In this document: in pieces, positions 1-7,071 of the stretch
Numbering within the stretch: the stretch's first letter is position 1
Layout of the letters: the number at the start of each line of letters is the position of its first letter
Origin: Nitrospinales bacterium
GTDB lineage: Bacteria > Nitrospinota > Nitrospinia > Nitrospinales > VA-1
Length of the DNA stretch: 17,277 nucleotides
Assembly (NCBI GenBank): GCA_965223345.1
Contig: CBDCWG010000005.1
Location: 1 to 17,277, forward strand
Direction: 5' to 3'
Made by a program: the position numbers and the translations under genes
The notes under the pieces: generated by a model
Seen by the model: the letters and a program-made list of their open reading frames with translations, nothing else
Databases searched by the model: none
What the model was told of the DNA's origin: nothing

Positions 1-2
1 CC

Positions 3-548
3 GCTCCGGCGGGGGCGGAAACCGGCCTGTCCGCCGCCGTGCTGACACAGGCGGTGGTCGCCGATGCGGTCGAGGATCGGTGCGGCGAAAAGGTGCTGCC
101 GGCGAAATACTACACCCGCGCCTCGCAGTACGCGCTCATCGGCGCGCTGGCGTTTCTGCTGCTGGCGATTCTGGCGGACAACAAAAAGGTGAAGATCGGC
201 ATGGGAAGCCTCGCCGTCATCCCGGTGGCGGTGTGGCTGTACGTGCATTTTTTCGTGGATTTCGACAAGGTCAAGCGGATCACGTTCACCTACAACACCG
301 CCGCCGAGGCCACGCTGGCCAACATCGCCGAAGCGCAGGACCGCTACAAGTCGGAGCACGACACGTTTCTCAGCGATCTCAATAAACTGTATTCGCACAC
401 GGCCGGGGCGGGCGGCATGAACGCCTGCGTCAAGATCGTGTCCATCGAGGCGGAGTGGAACCGCTGGTCGGCGACGGCGCGGCATGTGTCCAGCCCGGAA
501 ACGGTGACCTGGGACAGCAGCACCGGCAGCTCGCTGAAGAAGGGATGA
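3..548 (+). CDS. Membrane protein with C-terminal type IV pilin-like domain (5'-truncated by the window edge)
   Basis: The frame is open from position 3 to TGA at 548. Two hydrophobic helices (YALIGALAFLLLAILA; MGSLAVIPVAVWLYVHFFV) are followed by AEATLANIAEAQDRYKSEHDTFLSDLNKL, which resembles the PilA/PilE alpha1-C pattern. Codon usage is high-GC3 like the neighbouring genes. Confidence 0.6.
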   Translation, partial: APAGAETGLSAAVLTQAVVADAVEDRCGEKVLPAKYYTRASQYALIGALAFLLLAILADNKKVKIGMGSLAVIPVAVWLYVHFFVDFDKVKRITFTYNTAAEATLANIAEAQDRYKSEHDTFLSDLNKLYSHTAGAGGMNACVKIVSIEAEWNRWSATARHVSSPETVTWDSSTGSSLKKG

Positions 549-1045
549 TTGGTGGCAAAAACGTGAGTTCCCCAAAAATCACTCCGTGTTTGTGGTTTGA
601 TGACAATGCCGAGGAATCTGTGGATTTTTATCTCTCGGTGTTCCCAAATTCCGAGATCAAACAGGTAACGCGCTATGGAGTGGACCAGCCTGGACCGGAA
701 GGACAGGTCATGACGATTTTATTCACATTGCATGGACAGGAATTCCTGGCTTTGAATGGCGGTCCGCATTTTAAATTCAATGAGGCTATATCGTTGATCG
801 TCTATTGTGAAACGCAAGAAGAGGTGGACGAACTATGGGACAAGCTGTCCACCGACGGTAGAGGTCAGTGCGGCTGGGTGAAAGATAAATTCGGCGTGTC
901 TTGGCAGATTGTGCCGAAAGTGTTGAACGAAATGTTGAAGGACCCTGACAGAAAGAAAACAGATCGAATGATGCAGGTGCTTTTAAAGATGGAAAAGCTG
1001 GATATCGCAAAGTTGGAAGGGGCGTTCAAGGGTAAGTCGAAATGA
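545..1045 (+). CDS. VOC-family PhnB / 3-demethylubiquinone-9 3-methyltransferase-like protein
   Basis: Motifs KITPCLWFDDNAEE, FLALNGGPHFKFNEAISL and QCGWVKDKFGVSWQIVP. ATG 545 overlaps the upstream stop (ATGA). GTG 563 is an alternative start. Confidence 0.9.
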   Translation: MIGGKNVSSPKITPCLWFDDNAEESVDFYLSVFPNSEIKQVTRYGVDQPGPEGQVMTILFTLHGQEFLALNGGPHFKFNEAISLIVYCETQEEVDELWDKLSTDGRGQCGWVKDKFGVSWQIVPKVLNEMLKDPDRKKTDRMMQVLLKMEKLDIAKLEGAFKGKSK

Positions 1046-1129
1046 CTTTGAATTTCTGTTTTCCCGCCGCACAATCGTTGTTAAGATAGACACAGGCCGC
1101 GAAAAAACATTCCCCGTATCAAAACTTCC

Positions 1130-1531
1130 GTGGACAATCCTTTCCCAAATACCCGAATTCTCGTCGTCGACGACGAGAAGAAAGCTCACTCCAACCTCAA
1201 GCGCATGCTGGAGCTGAAGCACTTCCGGGTGCTGGTGGCGCAGGACGGCAAGGACGCGCTCGCCAAGGTGGACGTGTTCGACCCCGAATGCGTGCTGCTG
1301 GACATCCGCATGCCCTACATGAACGGCATCGACGTGCTCAAGCTCATCAAGGACAAGCACCCGCACACGGAGGTGATCATGGTGACGGCGGTGACCAGCC
1401 TCAAGATCGCCGAAGGCTGCATGCAGGACGGGGCGTTCGCGGTGATCGAAAAGCCGGTCAACTTCGTCTACCTCATGGAAAAGATCACCGCCGCGCTGCA
1501 AAAACGCAGAGACCGCGGCGAACCTTCCTGA
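1130..1531 (+). CDS. Single-domain response regulator (receiver only)
   Basis: ILVVDDE acidic pocket, phosphoacceptor in LLDIRMP, VTA switch Thr, conserved EKP lysine. No output domain. Confidence 0.92.
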   Translation: MDNPFPNTRILVVDDEKKAHSNLKRMLELKHFRVLVAQDGKDALAKVDVFDPECVLLDIRMPYMNGIDVLKLIKDKHPHTEVIMVTAVTSLKIAEGCMQDGAFAVIEKPVNFVYLMEKITAALQKRRDRGEPS

Positions 1532-1606
1532 TCGTTTTCAATAAAAGATAAATAAAACTAGTGGCGGGCGTTTCGCCTAGATGGGATGACTAGCTTATCG
1601 TGCCGG

Positions 1607-1984
1607 TCAGAGGCGGTTCCGGGTGCGGCGCAGGATCTCGAGCAGGGCGTCTTTGGGGGCGTCCGCCTGGGCGGTGTGAATGGACAGCCGGGTCTGTGAT
1701 GCGGCCAGCGGTTCCAGGATCAGCAGCATCTTGCGGCCGGGGGCCGCCGCCAGGATCTTCTTCCCGGAGCGGATGCTGTCTTCCTGCTCCACCTGCACGT
1801 TCAGGGTGTGCAATGCCTCACGGGCGGCGGCGTGGACCTCCAGCATCGAATGGTTGAGCGTGGTGTTCACTCTCGCGGACGGGTTGTTTTCGCTTTCCCA
1901 GTTCCCCGCTCCGACGGCCAGGGCCATGCAGCCTGCGATCAGAGGCAGAAACAGAAAACTGAGGCCTTTTTGAATGTCACTCAT
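1607..1984 (-). CDS. Lipoprotein, DUF3568-like
   Basis: Signal peptide with lipobox LIAG-C, then ALAVGAG and V..AA..AL..L.V. Size (125 aa) fits DUF3568. Confidence 0.65.
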   Translation of the reverse strand: MSDIQKGLSFLFLPLIAGCMALAVGAGNWESENNPSARVNTTLNHSMLEVHAAAREALHTLNVQVEQEDSIRSGKKILAAAPGRKMLLILEPLAASQTRLSIHTAQADAPKDALLEILRRTRNRL

Positions 1985-2017
1985 GATCGGGAGTTCCTGA
2001 AACGCGTGGTGTTATCC

Positions 2018-2030
2018 TAAGTGGTTGATA
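2018..2030 (-). promoter_or_regulatory. IHF-consensus site
   Basis: Minus strand TATCAACCACTTA is an exact match to WATCAANNNNTTR, 5 nt downstream of the sigma54 motif. Confidence 0.4.
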
Positions 2031-2035
2031 TTAAA

Positions 2036-2052
2036 TGCAAACGGGATGCCAA
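2036..2052 (-). promoter_or_regulatory. Sigma54 (-24/-12) promoter for the lipoprotein gene
   Basis: Minus strand TTGGCATCCCGTTTGCA matches TGGCAC-N5-TTGCW with exact GG-N10-GC spacing, ~50 nt upstream of ATG 1984. Confidence 0.8.
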
Positions 2053-2194
2053 TCGGGAAGGGTTGATTTTCCGTCGATTGTCCGCATACGGCCGGTGCGG
2101 ACAAGTGCAGGATTGTTGATTTTCCATCCTTTATTTATAAAAAATCAGACGCTTCAACTTTTAATGTCTGGGTTGTGTGCCGGAAGAACCGCGG

Positions 2195-2587
2195 TCATTC
2201 CTGATCCCACATGTTGACGATGCCGTTGAGGGACACCAGCCCGATGGCCTGGTTGTTCGACAGGACCATGGCGTAGGACACGTTGAAGTTGGTCATGTGC
2301 CGGGCCGCGTAGGGCAGGGGCATGTCCGGCGGGACGGACAGGACCGGCTTGGACATGATTTCGTACACGTGCGCTTCGTGCAGCTTGCGGCGCGCGGCGA
2401 TGACTTTGCGGGCGATGTCCTTGAGCGTGAGGATCCCGTAGACGTCCAGTTCGTTGCGCGGCTCGATCAGCACGGCGTGGATCTTTTCCTTCTTCATCAT
2501 GGCCAGGGCGTCCGAAACGCGGGTGACGCCTTCGATCTTCTTGAACTGCGGCATCATCACGTCGCGGACCCGTTTGTCAGGCGGCAT
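2195..2587 (-). CDS. CBS domain pair protein
   Basis: VRDVMMP...V.DAL.MM....IHAVLI...YGILTLKDI and VYEIMSKPVLSV....IGLVSL form a tandem CBS (Bateman) module. RBS AAGGA is present. Confidence 0.9.
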   Translation of the reverse strand: MPPDKRVRDVMMPQFKKIEGVTRVSDALAMMKKEKIHAVLIEPRNELDVYGILTLKDIARKVIAARRKLHEAHVYEIMSKPVLSVPPDMPLPYAARHMTNFNVSYAMVLSNNQAIGLVSLNGIVNMWDQE

Positions 2588-2609
2588 GGGCGTTCCTTTT
2601 TATTGAGGG

Positions 2610-2957
2610 CTAGAAATAGTGTTGCCTGGCGTCTTTTTCCAGAGTGGGAAGCTGGCTTTCCAGACCGATGGCGCGGTCCACCAGAAATGAAAACGCGATC
2701 CCGTTGCCTTGCTCGTTCAGTTTCCCCGCTTGGTAGATCGCGTCCATGATGTCGTCGGAAATGATGTCTTCGACCAGAAACAGCAGCATGTCTTTTTTCG
2801 ATTCCATGGTCAGTCCGAAAAAGGATTTCTGTTCGTGAATGCCTTCGCCGCGTGCGTTCAGAATGGTGACGCCGGTGGCGCCGGCTTTCTTGGCCGCTTC
2901 GATCACCGTGTCCTGGTAATCGTCGTTGACCAGGGCCAGAATCACTTTGAAGCGCAT
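2610..2957 (-). CDS. PII-like signalling protein (non-GlnB/GlnK type)
   Basis: AAKKAGATGVTILNARGEG and B-loop GNGIAF; 115 aa. The T-loop lacks the uridylylatable Tyr of GlnB/GlnK. RBS AAGGAG is present. Confidence 0.88.
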   Translation of the reverse strand: MRFKVILALVNDDYQDTVIEAAKKAGATGVTILNARGEGIHEQKSFFGLTMESKKDMLLFLVEDIISDDIMDAIYQAGKLNEQGNGIAFSFLVDRAIGLESQLPTLEKDARQHYF

Positions 2958-2972
2958 GTCGGTATCTTCTCC

Positions 2973-3782
2973 TTACAGTTTGTTTTTAGGGGCCGTCCGC
3001 CGCGCCCGCAATTCGCTGATCTTAGCATAGGCCAGCACGGCCATCATAGGGAAAAGGGATGCGAAGGCGATGAGCCCGAAGCCGTCGAGCAGGGGAGAGC
3101 GGCCCGGCACGTTCGAAGCGAGGCCGATGCCCAGCGCCGCCAGCACGGGGACGGTCACCGTCGAGGTGGTCACGCCGCCGGAGTCGTAGGCCAGCGGCAT
3201 GATAGCTTTGGGAGCAAAATAAGTTTGAATCAAAAGGATGACGTAACCCGCGATGATGTAGGTGTACAGCGGTGTGCCGCTGACGATGCGGTAGATCCCC
3301 AGACTCACGCCGAAGGCGACGCCGAGCGCCACGGCGATGCGCAGGCCCCAGGCGGACACGGCGCCGGTGGAGATCTCGCTGGCCTTGATCGCCACGGCGA
3401 TCAGGGCGGGTTCGGCGAGCGTGGTGGCAAAGCCGATCAGAAAACCGAACGCGTAGGTCCAGGCATACAGGGAAGGCGGCACGCGGCCGGTCTCGAAGAT
3501 CGACTGGACGGTTTCTTCGTCGCCGCCGGTGAGAAACCGCAAGTCGGTCAACCGGTCGGCCATCTGAAAGCTGATGGGAAAGATGCCCTGTTCGAGACCG
3601 ACGATGAACAGGGCCAGCCCGACCACGACGAGCACCAGCCCGGTGAGAATCTGCTTCAGGTGCGGGACTTTGCGCCTCAGCACCACCGCCTGAAAGAAAA
3701 ACAGCACCAGCAGGATCGGCGCGATGTCCCATAGGGTGCTTTTCAGAGAATCGAGGATCGGCACGAACCATTCGCTGTGCAT
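2973..3782 (-). CDS. DUF1538 multi-pass membrane protein (paralog 2)
   Basis: TTLAEPAL, PLAYDSGGVTTSTVTVP and DGFGLIAFASL motifs with many TM segments. Its start overlaps the upstream stop (TGATG). Confidence 0.88.
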   Translation of the reverse strand: MHSEWFVPILDSLKSTLWDIAPILLVLFFFQAVVLRRKVPHLKQILTGLVLVVVGLALFIVGLEQGIFPISFQMADRLTDLRFLTGGDEETVQSIFETGRVPPSLYAWTYAFGFLIGFATTLAEPALIAVAIKASEISTGAVSAWGLRIAVALGVAFGVSLGIYRIVSGTPLYTYIIAGYVILLIQTYFAPKAIMPLAYDSGGVTTSTVTVPVLAALGIGLASNVPGRSPLLDGFGLIAFASLFPMMAVLAYAKISELRARRTAPKNKL

Positions 3783-4525
3783 CAGGCCACTCCGTAAACC
3801 GCCATCCCGTAGATGAGCACGAACAGGATGGGTGTCAGGCTGGCGAAAGCGATGAGCCCGAATCCGTCGGTCATCGGGTTGCGGCCGCGGATGGAGGCGG
3901 CGAGGCTCACGCCCAGCGCCGTCACCAGGGGCACCGTGATGGTGGAGGTGGTGATGCCGCCGGAATCGTAGGCGATGCCGATGATGGCCTTGGGGGCGTA
4001 CAGCGTGGCGACGACGATCAGGCTGTAACCCGCGAGGATGAACCAGATCAGCGGCCAGCCGCGGATGATGCGCAGCACGCCGAGGGCGATGGCGATGCCG
4101 ACGGAAGCGGCGATGGTCAATCGCAGCCCCAGCACGAAACGGCCGATGGCGCTGGAGTCCGAGGCGATCGCTCCGGAGCCGGCGGCCAGTTCACCGGCTT
4201 TGTTGGCGATGACGGTGAGCGCGGGTTCGGCGATGGTGGTGGAAAACCCGAGCGTGAAGGCGAACAGCAGCAGCCACCAGGGATTGCCTTTGCGGGTGAA
4301 CTGCACGGCCAGCGATTCGCCCATCGGGAACAGGGCGGTTTCCAGTCCCATGACGAACAGGAAAAGGCCGAACACGACCAGCAGCATCGCGGGAATGGTT
4401 TTTTCAAGATCGGGCAGCGGGCTCTGGATCACGAACAGCTGAAAGAAAACCATCACGGCAACGACGGGCGCGATGTCCAAAACCGAGGCGAGGAGTTTCT
4501 GGATCAGCGGTTTCAGGAAATCCAC
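3782..4525 (-). CDS. DUF1538 multi-pass membrane protein (paralog 1)
   Basis: TTIAEPAL, IAYDSGGITTSTITVP and DGFGLIAFASL motifs. GTG start with GAGG RBS. Confidence 0.88.
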   Translation of the reverse strand: MDFLKPLIQKLLASVLDIAPVVAVMVFFQLFVIQSPLPDLEKTIPAMLLVVFGLFLFVMGLETALFPMGESLAVQFTRKGNPWWLLLFAFTLGFSTTIAEPALTVIANKAGELAAGSGAIASDSSAIGRFVLGLRLTIAASVGIAIALGVLRIIRGWPLIWFILAGYSLIVVATLYAPKAIIGIAYDSGGITTSTITVPLVTALGVSLAASIRGRNPMTDGFGLIAFASLTPILFVLIYGMAVYGVA

Positions 4526-4610
4526 AGAGCCAACCTCAAGGCTGCGAAAGGAAAGGGCGGCGGACGATGACGCCGGGCATAAGGAATATCAAATAAGGTG
4601 GGAAGAACGG

Positions 4611-4904
4611 TTATTTGTTATCGGGGGCCTCGCGGAGCGGATCCTGCGATGGAGCCGCATCCGCATCCTGGGCGGAACGTTCGGTGACGGCTTTGGGTTC
4701 CTCCACGTCGGACACTTCCGCCTGGTTCGCTATGGTATCGACCGAAACACCATCGGGTTCCTTGTCCGGTTCTTTCATGGACTGTTTGAAGTTTTTGATG
4801 GTTTTCCCGAAGGCGCTGCCGATCTGCGGGATTTTTCCGGCGCCAAAGATGATCATGATGATGACCAGGACAATCAACAGTTCCGGAAGGCCGATACCGC
4901 CCAT
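4611..4904 (-). CDS. tatA: Twin-arginine translocase TatA/E subunit
   Basis: MGGIG.PELLIVLVIIMIIFGAGKIPQIGSAFGKTIKNFK gives a TM helix, FG hinge and amphipathic helix, then an acidic tail. GGAG RBS. Confidence 0.93.
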   Translation of the reverse strand: MGGIGLPELLIVLVIIMIIFGAGKIPQIGSAFGKTIKNFKQSMKEPDKEPDGVSVDTIANQAEVSDVEEPKAVTERSAQDADAAPSQDPLREAPDNK

Positions 4905-4948
4905 CGCGGTTTCTCCATTATTAATTTTTCCAAATACTTACAGAAAGG

Positions 4949-4977
4949 AGTATACCTAAGGGAATATGAAAAACCAA
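4949..4977 (-). promoter_or_regulatory. Candidate sigma70 promoter for tatA (possibly the whole tatA-DUF1538-PII-CBS run)
   Basis: Minus strand TTGGTT-N17-TATACT in the AT-rich divergent gap. Confidence 0.4.
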
Positions 4978-5031
4978 GCTATAATACGGGGTGCTCCGGC
5001 AGGGGCGTTTATTTTATAGAAGCGAGGCCGC

Positions 5032-5544
5032 ATGAGTTCCGAAGAGCTGAACGAAGAAGATGTTCTGGACCTGTTTTATAAAAACAAGGGCAACCTCGAT
5101 GACCTGAACCGGTTGATCGACGAACGTCTGAAAGCACATCGCACGCGCAAGATCACGTTGTTTGAAAAATTCGTGCGCTCACGGATTCAGCTCAACGCCC
5201 GGGTGCTCAAAATGGCGGACATGGAAGTTTCCCCGCAGGAGGTGGTGTTCCTGAGCAAGCATCCGGAGGTCAAGGACGTGGAAGTTCTGGATCTCAGGAA
5301 AAACGGTTTCGGCGACATCGGCCTGGAAGCGATCGTGCGGTCGCCGATGTTGACGCAGCTCAAGGTGCTGGACCTGCGCAGCAATGGAATCACGCGCCTG
5401 GGTATGGAAACGCTGGCACAGTGCGAGTCCCTGCGCCTGCTGGAAAAGCTGGATCTTAGAATGAATAAACTGGGAAAACGCTGGGAAGAGAAACTGCTGG
5501 CGACGGGGAATTTCCCGAATCTGAATGACCTGAAAACCGCATGA
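5032..5544 (+). CDS. Leucine-rich repeat protein (RI-like, ~28-aa repeats)
   Basis: VEVLDLRKNGFGDIGLEAI / LKVLDLRSNGITRLGMETL / LEKLDLRMNKLG fit LxxLxLxxNxI repeats. Confidence 0.82.
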   Translation: MSSEELNEEDVLDLFYKNKGNLDDLNRLIDERLKAHRTRKITLFEKFVRSRIQLNARVLKMADMEVSPQEVVFLSKHPEVKDVEVLDLRKNGFGDIGLEAIVRSPMLTQLKVLDLRSNGITRLGMETLAQCESLRLLEKLDLRMNKLGKRWEEKLLATGNFPNLNDLKTA

Positions 5545-5578
5545 GCGCGATTCCGCCCGCGAAGCGGCACGCGGCGTT

Positions 5579-5884
5579 TTACAGGATCAGCCGGTTTTTG
5601 TTTTCCCGGATTTTCTGAACCATCTTGTCTGCGATCTCCTGCGCCTTCACCTGATAGGACCCTTCCTCCAGAACGGTTCGGAATTTCTGCACCAGATCTT
5701 TGCGGATTTCCGATGAAGTTTGGGGTTTCGCCGCGGCCGCCTGCGGGGCTTTGGAGGACAGGGTCACCCGGTCCACCTCTTTGGAGGCGGGCGCTGCCGC
5801 CTGCGAGCCCCGCTTGATTTTCGGTGCGGGTTTGTTGATGGGGTTTTTTCTGTCCACTCGGGATGTCGGGTCTAATTCCGTCAT
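5579..5884 (-). CDS. flgM: Anti-sigma28 factor FlgM
   Basis: DRVTLSSKA followed by EIRKDLVQKFRTVLEEGSYQVKAQEIADKMV, the FlgM C-terminal pattern (R..V......G.Y.V....IA.KM). Low-complexity N-terminus; 101 aa. Confidence 0.8.
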   Translation of the reverse strand: MTELDPTSRVDRKNPINKPAPKIKRGSQAAAPASKEVDRVTLSSKAPQAAAAKPQTSSEIRKDLVQKFRTVLEEGSYQVKAQEIADKMVQKIRENKNRLIL

Positions 5885-6388
5885 AATATGTCTATCGGGT
5901 TCTTCCTGTACGGGAAGGTGCGGTCGCCTTTAGGGAAAACCGGTTTGCGGCTGCCTTTCCGTTTAGCGGTTGCGCCGGACGCGGGCTGAGCCTGCGGCTT
6001 TTCGCGCAACGTCTGCAAAGGCACCAAAAAAGTAACTTGTCTGCTTGTGGAAGAAATCGGAGGGAGTTGCGCAGGAAATCTAAGAACGCTGCGGCCCATT
6101 TTCCATTTCCTCCATGAAACTGGAATCGAGGGTGCTGCCAGCCTCCGGGGTTTGTTTTGTCCGGGGGCCGTCCTTCTGTCGATCATCCGGATCGACCTAT
6201 GTTTAAATTTTCGGCGGGAACGCGGATTTCTTGAGCCGTTTGATAAAGAAATATCAAGAAACTCAAAATGTTGTGAATAACCGGGTCCTCCGGACAGCCT
6301 AAGGTCCGCCGCCGCTCGTTTTGCATTGCAAAAACGGCCTTTAATTAGAATGAAATTAAAAATAATTTCTTCTGAATTCATTTAAACA

Positions 6389-6417
6389 TTGAATATCCGA
6401 ACCACTTGTAGTACCCT
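6389..6417 (+). promoter_or_regulatory. Candidate sigma70 promoter with AT-rich UP element, firing into a non-coding region
   Basis: TTGAAT-N17-TACCCT, preceded by a very AT-rich tract at ~6340-6388. Confidence 0.4.
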
Positions 6418-6439
6418 GAAATCAAGTGAGTTACCTCCC

Positions 6440-6511
6440 GTTAGCGGACCCGCTTGTGAGGATGGACTCCCCCGCCTCGCAGCGGGTCCCTCTACGTTTC
6501 CCACCGCTAAC
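6440..6511. other. Long stem-loop in intergenic region (candidate ncRNA domain)
   Basis: GGACCCGCT/AGCGGGTCC 9-bp stem, inner GTGAGG/CCTCGC stem and outer GTTAGC/GCTAAC stem. Confidence 0.5.
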
Positions 6512-6763
6512 AACTCAGAACACACTTCCCGTAAATACAGCGGTTTTCGTTACCGCAGGCATGGAGTCATTAACGACCGGCCGGCTGCGGTTTTTCCGTG
6601 CTTTTCAATGCAGGGGAATACGTTTGATGGCGAACGAGGGCGTGAAATCGGGAATGTGATTGCGGCGGGCTGCCTTCCGCGGAATTCAGGCTATGAGAGC
6701 GGCATTGGCAGCAGAAACCGGACCGCAGACGTCCGGTGTCCCGCACCTGAAAGATGAGCGGTG

Positions 6764-6799
6764 CGCCGTTTCCCGTCTGTAGGCGGGGAAACGGCGTTT
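6764..6799. terminator. Strong hairpin, probable terminator
   Basis: CGCCGTTTCCC/GGGAAACGGCG 11-bp perfect stem immediately after the stop of the 70-aa gene. A short TTT follows on the + strand. Confidence 0.6.
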
Positions 6800-7010
6800 A
6801 AGCGTCGTTGCCGAAATCCGAGAATTCCAGGAACTGGCTGTCGAGCGTCTGCTTGACCCATTGCGGCACCCGCGGGCGCTCGGAATTCTGCAGGGACATG
6901 GACTCTTCCGACTTCCTGAAGTTTTCCCAGTGCGTTTCTTTGAGTTCGTTGGTGGAGACCACTTTTTTCACGGTCCCATCGGGGTTGTACACTTTCACCT
7001 CGTAAAACAT
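6798..7010 (-). CDS. Small hypothetical protein (70 aa)
   Basis: Strong RBS AAGGAGA before the ATG, an upstream sigma54 promoter, a downstream hairpin and host-like codon usage (MFYEVKVYNPDGTVKKVVS...HW). Confidence 0.8.
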   Translation of the reverse strand: MFYEVKVYNPDGTVKKVVSTNELKETHWENFRKSEESMSLQNSERPRVPQWVKQTLDSQFLEFSDFGNDA

Positions 7011-7054
7011 GACTGTCTCCTTCTGATTTTGCGTTGGTTTTCAATGATTTGTAT

Positions 7055-7071
7055 GGCAATTCGCGTGCCAA
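7055..7071 (-). promoter_or_regulatory. Sigma54 (-24/-12) promoter for the 70-aa gene
   Basis: Minus strand TTGGCACGCGAATTGCC is a near-perfect TGGCACG-N4-TTGC, ~45 nt upstream of the ATG. Confidence 0.85.

Noticed and set aside
2709..3734. 341-aa + strand ORF, and similar ones at 15262-16323, 12684-13445 and 983-1501
   Set aside because: Antisense shadows of well-supported genes.
5900..6030. Possible c-di-GMP-I riboswitch upstream of flgM
   Set aside because: GCAAA, GAAA and CTAAA fragments occur, but not in the GGCAAA-stem-GNRA-GACGCAAA order. A cmscan with RF01051 would settle it.
5881..6757. ORFs 5881-6381(-), 6047-6280(+) and 6389-6757(+) as genes
   Set aside because: No convincing RBS, atypical codon usage and no recognisable domains.
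6424..6800. tmRNA, RNase P, SRP or cobalamin riboswitch identity for the structured gap
   Set aside because: No tRNA-like ends or T-loop/CCA, no GAGGAAAGTCC, no SRP GGAAG..AGCAG loop and no B12 box on either strand.
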